Assembly (NCBI GenBank): GCA_035623825.1 | Contig: DASPSR010000007.1 | Span: forward strand, 64,001 to 128,000 | DNA length: 64,000 nucleotides | Reading direction: 5' to 3' | DNA from: Nitrospirota bacterium | GTDB lineage: Bacteria > Nitrospirota > UBA9217 | Shown here: positions 29,158-38,708 of the stretch, piece by piece | Numbering within the stretch: position 1 is the first letter of the stretch | Layout of the letters: every line of letters begins with the position of its first letter | The notes under the pieces: model-generated | What the model saw: only the letters and a program-made list of their open reading frames with translations | Databases searched by the model: none | What the model was told of the DNA's origin: nothing | Made by a program: the position numbers and the translations under genes

Positions 29158-29230
29158 ATAAATGAAAACGATCAACCACAAAGGGTCGAGGACCTTGCAG
29201 CGAATTTCCTGGGTGGCAAGAGACTAGGCC
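29158..29230 (+). pseudogene. Probable yraN (UPF0102) remnant
   Basis: QRVEDLAANFLGGK resembles the YraN N-terminus (G.EDLAA.FL..KG), at the usual post-rnhB position; the rest of the domain is absent. Confidence 0.5.
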
Positions 29231-29457
29231 GCAACACGGCCGAAGCAGCGCAGAGGGAGAAGGAAATAATTCATTCTGAAGGTGCTGCCAGCGGAACGCT
29301 TCCTTACATTGAACGGTGACGCTCCAGATGTCAAGCTGGCCCCCGGCGAATATTAACTTTTTTCCCTTTGTCTGCGCCTATGTCAGGTGGTATAGTGATG
29401 CTGCCGCAGTGATCGCTCCTTGTTGAGTTGTCTGCGCGTTATAGCTATTTCAAATCA

Positions 29458-30795
29458 ATGGGTTGGAAATCATATAAAGTAGGAATGGTCAGCCTGGGCT
29501 GCCCCAAGAACCAGGTGGATGCTGAGCAGATGCTCGGGGTACTCGCCGGCTCGGGTTTTGAAATCACCTCTGAGCAGAGCGAGGCCGATGTGATCGTGGT
29601 GAACACCTGCGGGTTCATCGAGTCGGCCAAGGCAGAGTCCATCGAGGCCATACTTGATGCAGCGAAGATGAAAAAGCAGGGAAAGTGCGCGAAGCTCATT
29701 GTCGCCGGCTGCCTCGCCCAGCGGTACAAGGGTGAGCTCCTGAAGGAACTCCCTGAGGCGGACGCCGTCATCGGCACGGCCGAAATCGGCCGGATCACCG
29801 AGATCTGTGAGGCGGCGCTTACGGGAAAAGAACACATCCTGAAAACATCGGGGCCGGCGATGGTCTACGGACTGCCCCGCGTGAGCACAACGCCACGTCA
29901 TTATCGCTACCTCAAGATTGCCGAGGGGTGCAGCAACCGCTGCTCTTACTGCGCTATCCCCATCATCCGCGGGAACTTTACGAGCAGACCCTACGAGTCT
30001 ATTCTTGATGAGGCACGTGTTCTCGCGGATGAAGGTTCGAAGGAGCTCGTCCTCCTTGCGCAGGACTCCACGGGATATCGTGACGGGGAGGCCGATCTGC
30101 CGCTGCTCCTGAAAGGTCTGACCCAAGTTCCCGGGATCGAGTGGGTGCGGCTAATGTATGCGTATCCGGGTCGGATCAGCGCGGAGCTCATGACTGTCAT
30201 GGCAGACGAAGAGAAAATTTGTAAGTACCTCGATATCCCGGTCCAGCACTTCGACGACAGGGTGCTCCGGGCGATGAATCGCCGCGGGACGTCTGAGGAC
30301 ATCCGAAAGACGATCGAACAGCTCCGGAAGCGGGTGCCCGGCATTACGCTGCGCACCTCACTGATTGTCGGATTTCCGGGAGAGACCGGAACTGCCTTCA
30401 AGCGGCTGCTAGCATTCGTTAAAGAAGCGGAGTTCGAGCACCTTGGCGTGTTCACCTTTTCACCTGAAGAGGGGACAGTCGCCTATGATCTTGATGTCCA
30501 TTCGCACATTCCGTCGGAGGTCGCCGCAGAGCGGCTTGATAGAATTATGAAGGCCCAGGCAAAGATATCGCTGAAAAAGAACCGTGAGCTCATCGGCTCG
30601 CATCAGCGCGTAGTCATCGACGCTGTGGAAGATATGACGCTCGTCGGCAGGCTCTCAACCCAAGCTCCGGAGGTCGACGGCGCGATCTACCTCTCCGAGA
30701 CCACGGCAGAGCCCGGTGAGTTTGTTGAGGTAACCATCACCGATGCCAGGGAATACGATCTGGCAGGAAAGGCAATAAAGCCGGAACATGAATGA
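29458..30795 (+). CDS. rimO: Ribosomal protein S12 methylthiotransferase
   Basis: SLGCPKN.VD, NTCGFI..A..ES, KIAEGC...CSYC.IP, APEVDG, TRAM domain. Confidence 0.96.
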   Translation: MGWKSYKVGMVSLGCPKNQVDAEQMLGVLAGSGFEITSEQSEADVIVVNTCGFIESAKAESIEAILDAAKMKKQGKCAKLIVAGCLAQRYKGELLKELPEADAVIGTAEIGRITEICEAALTGKEHILKTSGPAMVYGLPRVSTTPRHYRYLKIAEGCSNRCSYCAIPIIRGNFTSRPYESILDEARVLADEGSKELVLLAQDSTGYRDGEADLPLLLKGLTQVPGIEWVRLMYAYPGRISAELMTVMADEEKICKYLDIPVQHFDDRVLRAMNRRGTSEDIRKTIEQLRKRVPGITLRTSLIVGFPGETGTAFKRLLAFVKEAEFEHLGVFTFSPEEGTVAYDLDVHSHIPSEVAAERLDRIMKAQAKISLKKNRELIGSHQRVVIDAVEDMTLVGRLSTQAPEVDGAIYLSETTAEPGEFVEVTITDAREYDLAGKAIKPEHE

Positions 30796-30900
30796 CCCGC
30801 ATAGTCGAATGTCCGTGAATAACAGAATTGCACGTAACTTTATTCCGTGACTGTTGAATAATTTTCTCAACACGTGTGACTATTTTGTGGAAGGGACTTT

Positions 30901-32109
30901 ATGGGTGATAACAATCAGTCAGCCAACAATAACAATGAAGAGAGCTTTGCGGATCTGTTCGAGAAGAGCTTCAAAAAGCGGGGTCGGCTTGAGCCAGGAC
31001 AGATGGCCGAGGCAATGATCGTGAAGATCACGCCGGACTGGATCTTCCTCGATCTCGGTGGCAAAGGCGAGGGCTATCTTGACAAGAAAGAGATGATCGA
31101 TGAGTCTGGCAATCTCACCGTAAAAGAGGGTGACACGATTCGAGCCTATTTTGTGTCCTCAGAAAACAACGAGATGCATTTCACGACCAGGATCGGTTCG
31201 GGTCCTGGAAAGCAAGCCAAGATCGAAGAGGCCTGGAGGAACCATATCCCCGTCGAAGGCACGATCTCGAAGGAAATAAAGGGCGGGTTCGAGGTCAAGA
31301 TCGGCGGCAGCGTGAGAGCTTTCTGCCCCTTTTCCCAGATGGGAATCCGGCGCGAGGAACATCAGGCTGATTACATCGGAAGATCCTTCTCATTTAAGAT
31401 CGTTGAGTACGGTGAGGACGGCAGGAACATTGTTCTTTCACGGAAAGCTGTCCTGGAGGATGCACGGAGGATTAAGAAACAGGAATTGCGCGATACTCTT
31501 AAGGAAGGCATGAAGGTGAAGGGAACCGTTACCTCTCTTCAAAAGTTCGGTGCCTTTGTGGACGTCGGCGGCATAGAAGGCCTGCTGCCGGTCTCTGAGA
31601 TCGCCTGGAGCAGGACGGAGAAGGTCGATGATATCCTCTCCGTAGGACAGGAAGTCGAAGTGATCATCAAGAAGCTCGACTGGGAGCAGGACCGATTCTC
31701 CTTCAGCCTAAAGGACGCCCTGCCAGACCCGTGGGACCGCGTTGCGGACACCTATCCTGTCGGATCCTTTCACACGGGGAAGGTTTCCCGTCTTGCGCCC
31801 TTTGGAGCGTTCGTCTCTGTGAAGGATGGCATCGACGGGTTGATCCATATTTCGAGACTGGGTTCGGGAAGAAGGATCAACCATCCTCGAGAGGTGCTGA
31901 AGGAGGGCCAGGAGGTTGAGGTGAAGGTTGAGGCTTTTGACCAGGCACAGAGAAAGCTCTCGCTCTCTCTGGCTGACATCAGCCGAGAAGAAGAAGAGGC
32001 CGCCGCTACGCTCAAGGACTACCAGCAGAAGTCCGCGGCCGCTCCGAAGAGCATGGGGTCTCTGGGAGACCTCCTGAAGGCGAAAATGGACCAAAAGGGG
32101 CACAAGTAG
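30901..32109 (+). CDS. rpsA: 30S ribosomal protein S1, short 4-domain form
   Basis: ESFADLFE, four S1 repeats (RAFCPFSQ, FGAFVD.GG.EGL, GLIHIS), MGSLGDLLK tail. Confidence 0.88.
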   Translation: MGDNNQSANNNNEESFADLFEKSFKKRGRLEPGQMAEAMIVKITPDWIFLDLGGKGEGYLDKKEMIDESGNLTVKEGDTIRAYFVSSENNEMHFTTRIGSGPGKQAKIEEAWRNHIPVEGTISKEIKGGFEVKIGGSVRAFCPFSQMGIRREEHQADYIGRSFSFKIVEYGEDGRNIVLSRKAVLEDARRIKKQELRDTLKEGMKVKGTVTSLQKFGAFVDVGGIEGLLPVSEIAWSRTEKVDDILSVGQEVEVIIKKLDWEQDRFSFSLKDALPDPWDRVADTYPVGSFHTGKVSRLAPFGAFVSVKDGIDGLIHISRLGSGRRINHPREVLKEGQEVEVKVEAFDQAQRKLSLSLADISREEEEAAATLKDYQQKSAAAPKSMGSLGDLLKAKMDQKGHK

Positions 32110-32157
32110 CAACAAAATGCGCGGCTCCGTGGTTATCCGCGAGCCCAGAGACCTGTC

Positions 32158-32775
32158 TCATTGAGATGACTGTTTCGCTTCAACGCCATAAGCTTGGGAA
32201 AATCTGTGTTGGGTAGTAAGATCCAGTTCTATCGCGGCTGCCCTGAACGGATACAGCAGTTTTTCAGGGCCTTCAAGTCTTGGCTCTATGATATATCGAG
32301 CTATAGCGATATCTTTGAAGCAGCCGTCGCACCTGTTTTTTCTGACCCGATATTTCAACCTCATCGAAAACGCCCCGTCATTCGAGGAAATGATGTTATT
32401 CATGATGCTGGAGAACTTTTCGACATCAGAGGCGGTCAATATGGCCAGAATATTAAGTGATTTATATTTCCTCTTGCCGTAAAGGTAGAGATTCTTGACT
32501 GCTTCTCCTCCCAGATAAATGACATGACCTGAATTGCCGATAAAGTAATTGACAACGGGAACGATGTGTTCCCTGTCTTTTTTCTTCAGGAGGTGAGCAT
32601 ATTTTTCAGGATTCTTCTCGAGTTTGAACAAGGGCATCGAACTGAAGTGGATCAGCGAAGGATGGTTGACATCCAGAGGGTCTCTAGAAAAAAAAGCGGA
32701 TATGTTTTTCTTCTTAGGCAGTTTCGAAGCATGCTCCGGATGCCCTATTAGGTGTTCAGTTTTATGCTGAACCAT
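32158..32775 (-). CDS. Hypothetical protein with degenerate nucleotidyltransferase-like motif
   Basis: GHVIYLGGEAVKNL..GKRKYKSLNI echoes the CCA/PAP motif YLVGG.VRD...D.DI; start set at ATG 32775. Confidence 0.55.
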   Translation of the reverse strand: MVQHKTEHLIGHPEHASKLPKKKNISAFFSRDPLDVNHPSLIHFSSMPLFKLEKNPEKYAHLLKKKDREHIVPVVNYFIGNSGHVIYLGGEAVKNLYLYGKRKYKSLNILAILTASDVEKFSSIMNNIISSNDGAFSMRLKYRVRKNRCDGCFKDIAIARYIIEPRLEGPEKLLYPFRAAAIELDLTTQHRFSQAYGVEAKQSSQ

Positions 32776-33087
32776 AATGCCGTTCCTCTGTACATCAATA
32801 TTATAATCGAAACCTGAGAAAAAAAGAAGGGGATTATTTTTATGATAACAGTAAAACATGCATTTTTTGGGTGCTTGCCATGTAATCAAGCACAGCTGCA
32901 GTGTAGCAGACATCAGTTTTTTCGTAAAATGAAGGCGACACAAGTCATTGATATCGCCATGCTCACTGCCCGTTAATATGCCGACTGGGTAAGGATATAC
33001 AGGCGGCACATATCACGTGCTCATTGCACATTCCCAGATTTTGCACAATGCTTGAATTTACCCGCCCGTCCATGGTAAAGTGCCTCC

Positions 33088-34779
33088 GTGCTGAGCGCGT
33101 TCATCATCTTCATCATTACCTATCTTTTCATCGGCCTCCGGCAGATCCCGCGGATCCATATCGACAGGCCCGCGGGTGCGCTCGTGGGCGCGGTGCTGAT
33201 GGTCGTCTTCGGTGTGCTCACCCTTGACCAGGCTTTTGCCGCGATCGATATGCACACACTGCTTCTTCTCCTGGGGATGATGATCGTAACGAGCTACCTC
33301 AGGGCCGCGGGGTTCTTCGAACTCATGGCAGACAGGATCCTCTCTCTCTCGAAAACGCCCCTCCAACTTCTTATCTTCATTATGGTCTCGTCGGGAGTAC
33401 TATCTGCCCTTTTTGTGAACGACACCATCTGCCTTCTTTATACTCCGATCGTCCTGGAATTGACGATCCATCTGGGGGTGAATCCCATGCCATATCTGCT
33501 CGGGCTCGCCATGTCGTCGAACATCGGGAGCGTCATGACTGTGACCGGAAATCCGCAGAATATGCTGATCGGCATCCATTCAAAAATTCCTTATCTAGCA
33601 TTCCTTGGCGCACTCTTTCCGGTGGCGCTCCTGGGTATAATCGTCAGTATCATTGCAATCCGCGTTATATACAGTCAAGATATGAAGAAGTCGCGTTTCC
33701 TCGAGAGGCCCACAATACCCCCCTACACCATAAACAGGCCGCTTTTGATCAAGTCGCTCCTGGCCTGTGCCTCGATTCTTGTAGCGTTCTCAATCGGCTA
33801 TCCCTATTCGCTCGCTGCAGCGGGTGGCGCGGTCATGCTGATGCTCATCGGCGGCGTGCGCACTGAACGGGTCCTGGAAGGCGTGGACTGGACGCTCCTG
33901 CTGTTCTTTTCCGGGTTGTTTGTGGTGATGCACGGTGTTGAGGTCTCGGGCCTAGCGTCGGCCATTATTGACCGCACGGGCAATGTCGGAGCATATTCGG
34001 CCGTGGGTAAAATCACAGGGATTTCCCTGGCCTCTGCCGTTCTTTCGAATGTCGTGAGCAACGTGCCAGCGGTAATGCTGCTGAAACCGCTCATCGTATC
34101 GATTGGCGGAGAACGCATTGCCTGGCTCGCACTTGCCATGAGCAGTACCCTGGCCGGGAACTTCACTCTCATCGGTTCGGTTGCGAACCTGATCGTTGCT
34201 CAACAGGCCAGAAAGAAGGTGGAAATCGGTTTCGTGGAATACTTCCGCGTTGGCGCTTTAGTCACGGCCATCACCATCGCGACCGGTATCCTGGTCCTCG
34301 CCTTTGAAGTGGAAGTTGTTCAAGGCGCTGAAGCTCTGGCGGGTGAACAGCAGGAAAGACAGATGACCGTAACGGTCACTCCACGTGGTTACTCGGCCGG
34401 TCGCCGGACATTCACGGTCGTGCTTCTGTGCGATACGGACCAGTCCCGTGCCAAGGGGCTCCAGGGATTCAGGCCGCTCCTGCCGAGGGAAGCAGCGCTC
34501 TTCGTCTTTCGTGAACCCGAGGCTGTAACCTTCTGGATGGGAACCGTCACCTACCCGATCGACATTATTTTTGTCGGTCCTGATGGGCATGTCATCGAAG
34601 TCGCTCAACGATGTCTGCCTGGAAGCCATGAGTTCTACGGCTCCGGAGTGCCGGTTAAATGGGTGGTTGAAACTGCAGAAGGATCGGGCATCATGATTGG
34701 CGACAGGGTGAAAATAGAAGGGTTCGGTGCCCATGGTCACAGGGGAACGAACAGGTCAGGGACGGGAGAGATCGAGTGA
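33088..34779 (+). CDS. ArsB/NhaD-superfamily anion permease fused to C-terminal DUF192
   Basis: IDR...ALVGA, SALFVNDT, SNIGS..T.TGNPQN, SNVPA, STLAGN.T..GSVAN; then R.KGL, FWM....PIDIIF, VVE. Confidence 0.88.
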   Translation: MLSAFIIFIITYLFIGLRQIPRIHIDRPAGALVGAVLMVVFGVLTLDQAFAAIDMHTLLLLLGMMIVTSYLRAAGFFELMADRILSLSKTPLQLLIFIMVSSGVLSALFVNDTICLLYTPIVLELTIHLGVNPMPYLLGLAMSSNIGSVMTVTGNPQNMLIGIHSKIPYLAFLGALFPVALLGIIVSIIAIRVIYSQDMKKSRFLERPTIPPYTINRPLLIKSLLACASILVAFSIGYPYSLAAAGGAVMLMLIGGVRTERVLEGVDWTLLLFFSGLFVVMHGVEVSGLASAIIDRTGNVGAYSAVGKITGISLASAVLSNVVSNVPAVMLLKPLIVSIGGERIAWLALAMSSTLAGNFTLIGSVANLIVAQQARKKVEIGFVEYFRVGALVTAITIATGILVLAFEVEVVQGAEALAGEQQERQMTVTVTPRGYSAGRRTFTVVLLCDTDQSRAKGLQGFRPLLPREAALFVFREPEAVTFWMGTVTYPIDIIFVGPDGHVIEVAQRCLPGSHEFYGSGVPVKWVVETAEGSGIMIGDRVKIEGFGAHGHRGTNRSGTGEIE

Positions 34780-34956
34780 TATGAGACGGCGGAACGCGGA
34801 AGTGCAGGTTTTGGACCAGAAGTGACAGATCATGATCCATGAGCTAAGAGCCATGAACTATCAACTTACGCATGATAACAATCCAGTCTGATTTTGAAAC
34901 ATCACTCATTGCGCTTGGATGACGAGCGAAAATCTGACGAAAGCCCTTAAAAATGC

Positions 34957-34985
34957 TTGTATTTCACCGCTTCATCGTTTATAAT
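34957..34985 (+). promoter_or_regulatory. Sigma70 promoter
   Basis: TTGTAT-17-TATAAT upstream of the FmdB-family gene. Confidence 0.7.
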
Positions 34986-35026
34986 TAAAATTCATCATTT
35001 ATTTTCTGTCTTGGAGGTTAACTCGT

Positions 35027-35323
35027 ATGCCTATTTATGAATACCAATGCGGCAGTTGCGGCGGCCGCTTTGAGGTGACCCAGAAATTCAGCGATCCCCT
35101 TCTCTCCAGGTGCAAGCTCTGCAATGCCGAGGGTGTACGAAAGGTGCTCTCGCCCGCGACCTTTGTACTCAAGGGAAGCGGCTGGTATGTTACGGATTAC
35201 GCTTCGGGCGACAGGAAAAAGGCCGGGGAGGAGTCAGAGAAGCCCTGCAAAGAGGGGTCAAAGCCGTCCACGGGTTGCACTACGGGCACGTGCGCGTCGG
35301 GGGCCTGTGCATCTAAAGGTTGA
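35027..35323 (+). CDS. FmdB-family zinc-ribbon protein
   Basis: MPIYEYQC..CG..FE, C..C, LKGSGWYVTDY. Confidence 0.92.
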   Translation: MPIYEYQCGSCGGRFEVTQKFSDPLLSRCKLCNAEGVRKVLSPATFVLKGSGWYVTDYASGDRKKAGEESEKPCKEGSKPSTGCTTGTCASGACASKG

Positions 35324-36120
35324 ACCTGATGGAACCGGTCCACATCCACATCCCTTATCCCAAGCTGAAGGATTATGTCGAGCTGCTGCGCAACCGTCGG
35401 TACGATCTCGAGATCTATCTTTCCGCTGCGGTGCTCGACCAGATAGAAAAACCTGACCTCGAGAGGCTGCTTGAACATCTCGACTGGACGCCCGCGCTCA
35501 CCCTCCATGCACCGTTCATGGACATGAACCCTGGTGCCGTGGACCCCATGGTGAGGTCGGTGACCCAAATGCGGTTTCGACAGTTCCTGAAGGTCGCAGC
35601 CTTTCTCAAGCCCCGAGTAGCCGTGTTCCATGCGGCCTACGACCGGTGGCGCTACAGCGGGCGCAAAGATATCTGGCTCGAGTACAGCCTTGATACCTGG
35701 CATAAGGTGATGGACTCCGCGTCGAAAATCGGCCTGCGGGTGGCTGTGGAGAACGTGTTTGATGAGGACCCCGAGGCGCTCCACATGCTCGTCGAGAAGA
35801 TCGGGAGCCCGGACTTCGGGTTCTGTTTCGATACAGGGCATTTCAACATCTTTTCCTCGGTTTCGATGGAGCAGTGGTTCGAGAGCCTCGGGAAAAACCT
35901 CATCGAAGTTCATCTGCATGACAACGACGGTAAGGCCGATTCCCACTGGGCTCTTGGGCGCGGTGATATTGATTTTCAGCGGTTCTTCCGATTGATGCGC
36001 CGCCATTCACCGAAGCCGGTTTATACCATCGAGGCGCATGACAAGGACGATGTGGAAGCAAGCCTAGGCCGTGTAAAGGCCCTCCTGCAGGAGCAGCGTA
36101 TCGAAGGCGGAAGACGTTAG
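35320..36120 (+). CDS. Sugar phosphate isomerase/epimerase (AP endonuclease family 2 TIM barrel)
   Basis: LHAPF.D.NPG, VENV, CFDTGH, VHLHDN.G..D.H...G.G.IDF, TIE.H. Confidence 0.88.
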   Translation: MNLMEPVHIHIPYPKLKDYVELLRNRRYDLEIYLSAAVLDQIEKPDLERLLEHLDWTPALTLHAPFMDMNPGAVDPMVRSVTQMRFRQFLKVAAFLKPRVAVFHAAYDRWRYSGRKDIWLEYSLDTWHKVMDSASKIGLRVAVENVFDEDPEALHMLVEKIGSPDFGFCFDTGHFNIFSSVSMEQWFESLGKNLIEVHLHDNDGKADSHWALGRGDIDFQRFFRLMRRHSPKPVYTIEAHDKDDVEASLGRVKALLQEQRIEGGRR

Positions 36121-36154
36121 ACATAACGAATACCGTATCGGCGGCAAGTTTACC

Positions 36155-36183
36155 TTGACATGACCAGGGTCGTGCCTTAGACT
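36155..36183 (+). promoter_or_regulatory. Sigma70 promoter, likely producing a leaderless mRNA
   Basis: TTGACA-17-TAGACT, 6 nt, ATG. Confidence 0.7.
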
Positions 36184-36189
36184 ATTTGC

Positions 36190-37938
36190 ATGAAAAATAC
36201 CATTATAATCAGCATATTGATACTCTTCACCGCATCCTGCGCGACGGTTCCACCGAACATGTCCGAGACAACCGCCGGAAGCATGACCAAAGAGGAGCGC
36301 GCTCAAGCCGATGCCTATTACCATTTCGCGGCCGGTAACCTTCTGGAACAGGACGGGGAGTTCGATGCGGCCCTGAAGGAATATGAGGCGGCGTACAGCT
36401 TGGACCCTCACGCCGCCGAGATCGCACTCTCGCTAGCGGCCCTTTATATCCGCAAGGGGCAGCTCGACCAAGCAACAGTTTTTGCGCAAAAGGCGGCCGA
36501 ACTCGCACCGAACAAGACCGACGCCCTTTTAATGCTTGCCAGCGTCTATACCAATAAAAAGAAATATGATGAAGCAGCGGACATCTACCGGAAGGTTATC
36601 GCCCTTGACCCCAAAAGAGATGAGCCTTATATGTACCTCGGGTCACTCTATGCCGCGATGAAACGGTATGATGAAGCGGTTGCGACGTTCAATGCGCTCG
36701 CGAAAGTGAATCCGTCCTCGCTGATGCCGCCATATTACCTAGGCAGGATCTATACGGAACGCCAGATGTATCCTGAAGCGCTCGCAGAATTCAAGAAGGC
36801 CGTTGCGCTCCGGGACGATTTTGAGCCCGCTTACACCAGCATGGGTTTCGTCTATGAACTCATGGACAGGACCGGCGATGCCATCGAGATGTACAAAACG
36901 TCCCTCATGATCAATCCCCATAACCTTGAGATCATGCAACATCTGGGTCAGCTCTACATCCAGCAGAACGACCTTAATGACGCCTTGGAGCAGCTCAAGC
37001 GCGTGGTGGCTCTGGATCCGAAGAACTACGACGCCCACATCAAGATGGGGCTCATCTACGCAGAGAAAAAACAGTACGACAAGGCGGTTGATTCCTTCAT
37101 GATCGTTTCAAACGCCCTGCCCGACGACCTGAAAGTGAAGCGGTATCTCGCCTCCACATACGTTGCCATGGAGCGATATGATGATGCGCTCAAGGTATAC
37201 ACCGCAATCCTTGCGGCCGCTCCAGACGATACCGATACCCTGCTCCAGATAGCCTATATCTATGCTCAGCAGAAGAGAACGGCAGAGGCGGTCCCGCTCC
37301 TCGAGAAGGCTCTCCGGGAACAACCGGGTAAGCCAGAACTCTACCTCTATCTTGCCAATGCATATATGGACGTAGACAAGCCCCAGCAGGCGGTGGACAT
37401 TCTGAAAAAGGGAATCGAACTCGCTCCGGACCGAGACGATCTTGTGTTCAGCCTGGCGATAGCCTACGAGAAGCTTGGACGGCGCGACGATATGATTGCT
37501 GCCTTAAAGAAGACACTCAGCCTCAAATCCGACAACGCCGATGCGCTGAATTATCTCGGTTACACCTACGCCGAGAAAGGCGAGTATCTTGACGAAGCCA
37601 TCCAGCTCATCAAGCGGGCGCTTGTTCTCAAGCCGGACAACGGCTATATCCTCGACAGCCTTGCCTGGGCCTATTATCAAAAGGGCATGCTGAGCGAAGC
37701 CCTCGAAGTGATGACTAAGGCGGTCGCCAAGACCCCGGATGATGATCCGGTGATGCGCGAGCATTATGGCGATATCTATCTGAAGCTTTCCAAGAAGGAC
37801 AAAGCACGCGAGCAGTGGCTGAGATCGCTCGAGCTCGATCCGAAGAATGAGAAGCTTAAGGATAAGTTTAAGGCAGCGGGATTCGGCGATCCCGACATTC
37901 TGCTGAAAGACGTGAAACCGAGGAAGAACAAGAAGTGA
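36190..37938 (+). CDS. TPR-repeat lipoprotein
   Basis: Lipobox TASC; many TPRs; ALNYLGY, YILDSLAW.YY, EH.GD; usual position upstream of ispE. Confidence 0.9.
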   Translation: MKNTIIISILILFTASCATVPPNMSETTAGSMTKEERAQADAYYHFAAGNLLEQDGEFDAALKEYEAAYSLDPHAAEIALSLAALYIRKGQLDQATVFAQKAAELAPNKTDALLMLASVYTNKKKYDEAADIYRKVIALDPKRDEPYMYLGSLYAAMKRYDEAVATFNALAKVNPSSLMPPYYLGRIYTERQMYPEALAEFKKAVALRDDFEPAYTSMGFVYELMDRTGDAIEMYKTSLMINPHNLEIMQHLGQLYIQQNDLNDALEQLKRVVALDPKNYDAHIKMGLIYAEKKQYDKAVDSFMIVSNALPDDLKVKRYLASTYVAMERYDDALKVYTAILAAAPDDTDTLLQIAYIYAQQKRTAEAVPLLEKALREQPGKPELYLYLANAYMDVDKPQQAVDILKKGIELAPDRDDLVFSLAIAYEKLGRRDDMIAALKKTLSLKSDNADALNYLGYTYAEKGEYLDEAIQLIKRALVLKPDNGYILDSLAWAYYQKGMLSEALEVMTKAVAKTPDDDPVMREHYGDIYLKLSKKDKAREQWLRSLELDPKNEKLKDKFKAAGFGDPDILLKDVKPRKNKK

Positions 37939-38708
37939 AGATATCCCGGCCCATTGCTCTTGCCATTATTCCGCTCCTCTTCGCATGCTACCCTAAGAAA
38001 CCAGAAATTCACCTGAACGAAGTCCCGTCCGCACCATTGGTCCAGATGCTAGAACAGCGCCAGCAATCGTTTTCCGGCCTCAAGGCCATTGTGAGCATCG
38101 AGACGGTCAGGTCCGGCCGTAAACGCGCCTATGATACCGTCGGCATCATCATTGACGGCCAGAGGCGGCTTCACATGGAAGCCTATGGTCCCTTGGGTCA
38201 ATCCCTCGTGACCCTCGTGTGGAACGGCACCGATATGGCGGTCCGCCTCGACGATGGCAGAGTGGTGAGGCCAGGGCAGGCCGGCCTTGAGAGGATTTTG
38301 GGCGTGGCCATCGATGCGCGAGAGCTCTGCGCCGTGCTGTCAGGCAACATTCCCGCTCTTGCACCATCGACGACAACGCGTGCGTTTCGTGAACCCGACG
38401 GCAGCTTTCTGACCGAGACGACCGACCGCGACATGCGTCGCCTCGTACATGTCCTACTTCCGAAAGCTGGTTCTGGACAGGGCATCCGCATCATTGATTC
38501 TGAACTATACCGGTCGGACAAGCTCATATATCGGGTCCGGTACGAAGAGATGGAGCAGATCTCGGGATACCTTATTCCAAAGAGCCTCCACATGGAAAAT
38601 CCCGAGAAAAAGATTTCCATGGAGGTCGTCTATAACGAAACGGATGTGAATGTACCGCTCAAGGAGGACTCCTTCAGGCTTCCTGAGGAGGGGGCCGTGG
38701 AACCATGA
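37935..38708 (+). CDS. LolB-like/DUF4292 lipoprotein
   Basis: Lipobox LFAC; GPLG motif; LolA/B-type beta fold; lies between the TPR gene and ispE. Confidence 0.65.
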   Translation: MKISRPIALAIIPLLFACYPKKPEIHLNEVPSAPLVQMLEQRQQSFSGLKAIVSIETVRSGRKRAYDTVGIIIDGQRRLHMEAYGPLGQSLVTLVWNGTDMAVRLDDGRVVRPGQAGLERILGVAIDARELCAVLSGNIPALAPSTTTRAFREPDGSFLTETTDRDMRRLVHVLLPKAGSGQGIRIIDSELYRSDKLIYRVRYEEMEQISGYLIPKSLHMENPEKKISMEVVYNETDVNVPLKEDSFRLPEEGAVEP

